DNA of 64,000 nt from Acanthaster planci (taxonomy: Eukaryota), in the NCBI RefSeq assembly GCF_001949145.1, contig NW_019091361.1, forward strand, positions 3,187,854-3,251,853, written 5' to 3'. Every line of letters begins with the position of its first letter. Positions within the stretch are counted from its first letter, which is position 1. The position numbers and the translations under genes are program-made. Under the pieces are notes generated by a model. It saw only the letters and a program-made list of their open reading frames with translations, did not search any database and was not told the DNA's origin. Positions 62,101 to 64,000 of this stretch are shown here, in pieces.

Positions 62101-64000
62101 CTACCCCTAGAAAGGCAATGGCAAAATTACTTTAATAGCCATTTTTATAATGGTCTATTTCATGCATAACGGGAATCGAATTATAATGTCTTGTGAACTT
62201 GATTGAAAGCTCCACCATAAAACCCTGCTGGCACAATCCATGCTTATTTTCCTTTGAGATGAGGCACAATCCATGCTTATTTTCCTTTGAGATGAGGCAC
62301 AATCCATGCTTATTTTCCTTTGAGATGAGGCACAATCCATGCTTATTTTCCTTTGAGATAAGGCACAATCCATGCTTATTTTCCTTTGAGATGAGGCACA
62401 ATCCATGCTTATTTCCCTTTGAGATGAGGAAATTACTCATATTTACATCTCTGATGCTTGAAAACATATCTTGAATCATTTTTTTTTTACAGGTGGAAGC
62501 AGGCCAGTACTGCACATTTGTTATCTCAGCCGATGGCACCGTCAGGGCCTGTGGCAAAGGTAGCTATGGCAGACTAGGCCTGGGTGACTCCAACAACCAG
62601 ACACAGCTGAAGAAGCTCAACTTTGAAAGCCATGTTATCTCCAAGATATCATCTTCCAAGGTATAAGATGATAGTGTAAGCAGAGGGAGCTAGGGCCGTG
62701 TCCGAAACGGGCTTCCAGAGCTATGGCTAGGTCTATTGTCTACGCATCTCCACGCATTTCTAATGGAACGAAGACCTAGACCTAGCTCTAGACAAAAGAT
62801 TTGGATGCAGCCTAGGAGGGGAAACATGCCAGTATAACTTGAGGATTTTCTAAACAAATACTAGTGTTGGAGAATGACAATTGGAAAACCAGACTCAGAT
62901 GACAGAAGGATCGCGTTCCTCTAATAAGCAGCGTTGTAGTTGAGATCATCCCAAGACTGTCACCAGACCAAATATAAGACCAGTCACAAGTTGAGACCAG
63001 TGGCAAGTAACAGTGACGTACATGTAGGAATGCTTTTGTTGCAGCTCATTTGAGTAGCTTGTGGCCTAAATTTAGACTGGAGGACTTGTGTTGGTCTTGT
63101 GATAGCCTTGTGGGGTCTAATAATGGTGTAAAGAGGATATCGAATATCAGGTCGTTGGGGTCGATATTAAGTTAACTTAAAGGATTTTTTTATCGAGTAT
63201 TGTTAATCGAGTACTTTGATGCTCGAGCACAATTTTTGGATGTCGAGTTCCAAGTATTTTGTAGCCCGAGTACAAGAACTGTAGTTCGAGTACGAGTACT
63301 TTGACGTCAAAGTACGAGTACTCTGAAAAAGGTACTGGAGTAGTACTCGAGTAACGAGTACTACAACACTGGAGGTCTCGACTACAGATGTGCAGTCAGG
63401 GAGGTTCCCAATTGTCAGAGCGCTAATGAATGTCCCCAAATAGTCATTACTGGTTTCAGTTTGAAACACCCACTACTCATCTCTGAACTGTGCATGGAAT
63501 AGTGATCCATGTGTGTGTGTTACTAACTTGGGAACAGCTTGTTCCTAATAGGAATACAGGAAATTTTCCATCAGGTATGTGCATTGTTCAATAGAGGAGC
63601 ATTCCAATGATAACAGGAAGTTTCCCTTACCACATGGGCAGAGTTCGAGTGAGAACCATTATTGACTACTGGTTGGTTTTTTCCCGGGTAACCTGTGCAC
63701 CAAATAAATTCAGGGTACCAGGCAAAATAGACCAATGTGTGATAAATGGTCATTGAACCTATCCTGGAATGGTGTTGGAGTAAAATATATATTTTCTCTC
63801 ATGGTGCAGGGTTCTGATGGCCACACACTCGCCCTGACATCGGAGGGCCAGATCTTCAGCTGGGGCGATGGTGATTACGGCAAGCTGGGCCATGGCAACA
63901 CCTCCACGCAGAAGTACCCCAAGCTGGTACCCGGCGTCCTGTCCAGCAAGGTGGTGGTGTGCGTATCGGCCGGCTACCGTCACAGTGCCTGCGTCACCGA
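59113..64000 (+). CDS. HERC1: HERC1 giant E3 ubiquitin ligase, N-terminal part (partial); exons 59113-60063, 60743-60838, 61599-61790, 62493-62660, 63810->64000
   Basis: N-terminus LKWLEHLNATWVTED, MGVRTGLSLLFALLRQ and LPPLSLANE, followed by RCC1-like repeats VYVWGSNSSHQL, CGKGSYGRLGLGDS and FSWGDGDYGKLGHG. Introns are GT-AG, all phase 0. Confidence 0.96.
61915..62059. mobile_element. 145-bp MITE monomer (same family as the arms of 18421-19158)
   Basis: GAGTACCAAAGTG ... CACTTCGGTACTC termini; the interior matches 18421-18565. Confidence 0.75.
62230..62427. repeat. Minisatellite, 6 x 33 bp, in HERC1 intron 3
   Basis: Unit GGCACAATCCATGCTTATTTTCCTTTGAGATGA repeated head-to-tail with at most one substitution per copy. 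Confidence 0.95.
62694..62812. mobile_element. PIF/Harbinger-like mini-MITE, TAG TSD
   Basis: TAG|GGCCGTGTCCGAA ... TTGGATGCAGCC|TAG, with internal inverted AGAGCTA..CTAGGTCT. Confidence 0.6.
63194..63370. mobile_element. Truncated hAT-like MITE end with GAGTAC subterminal repeats
   Basis: Dense CGAGTAC/GTACTCG repeats ending in TACAACACTG, the same terminus as 56637. Confidence 0.5.

Noticed and set aside
62230..62427. CRISPR-like array, and the repetitive ORFs 62132-62557 / 62193-62474
   Set aside because: The units are contiguous with no unique spacers, there are no cas genes, and it lies in a eukaryotic intron. The ORFs exist only because the 33-bp unit is a multiple of 3.

Overview
Eukaryotic genomic DNA from an invertebrate animal (spliced genes, many MITEs/SINEs, no prokaryotic features). 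I reconstructed six intron-containing genes by hand, with consistent splice phases. They are: the last two coding exons of an SK/KCNN Ca2+-activated K+ channel (+); a two-exon, 127-aa DUF1761-like membrane protein (+); a 7-coding-exon SLC35A4 nucleotide-sugar transporter (-), head-to-head with a 10-exon dolichol kinase DOLK (+); a 6-exon FAM221B (+, with one GC-AG intron); and the first five coding exons of HERC1 (+, running off the window). Introns, UTRs and intergenic DNA carry many non-autonomous DNA transposons (Tc1/mariner-, PIF/Harbinger-, hAT-, MULE- and piggyBac-like), a tRNA-derived SINE, a LINE remnant and a decayed ISL2EU-like two-gene transposon. The most notable items are the intron-bearing DUF1761 gene (a family known mainly from bacteria and fungi), intron-rich SLC35A4 and DOLK sharing a bidirectional promoter, a perfect 59-nt piggyBac-like hairpin, and a long inverted repeat downstream of the SK stop codon. 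All family assignments come from remembered motifs; no database searches were run.
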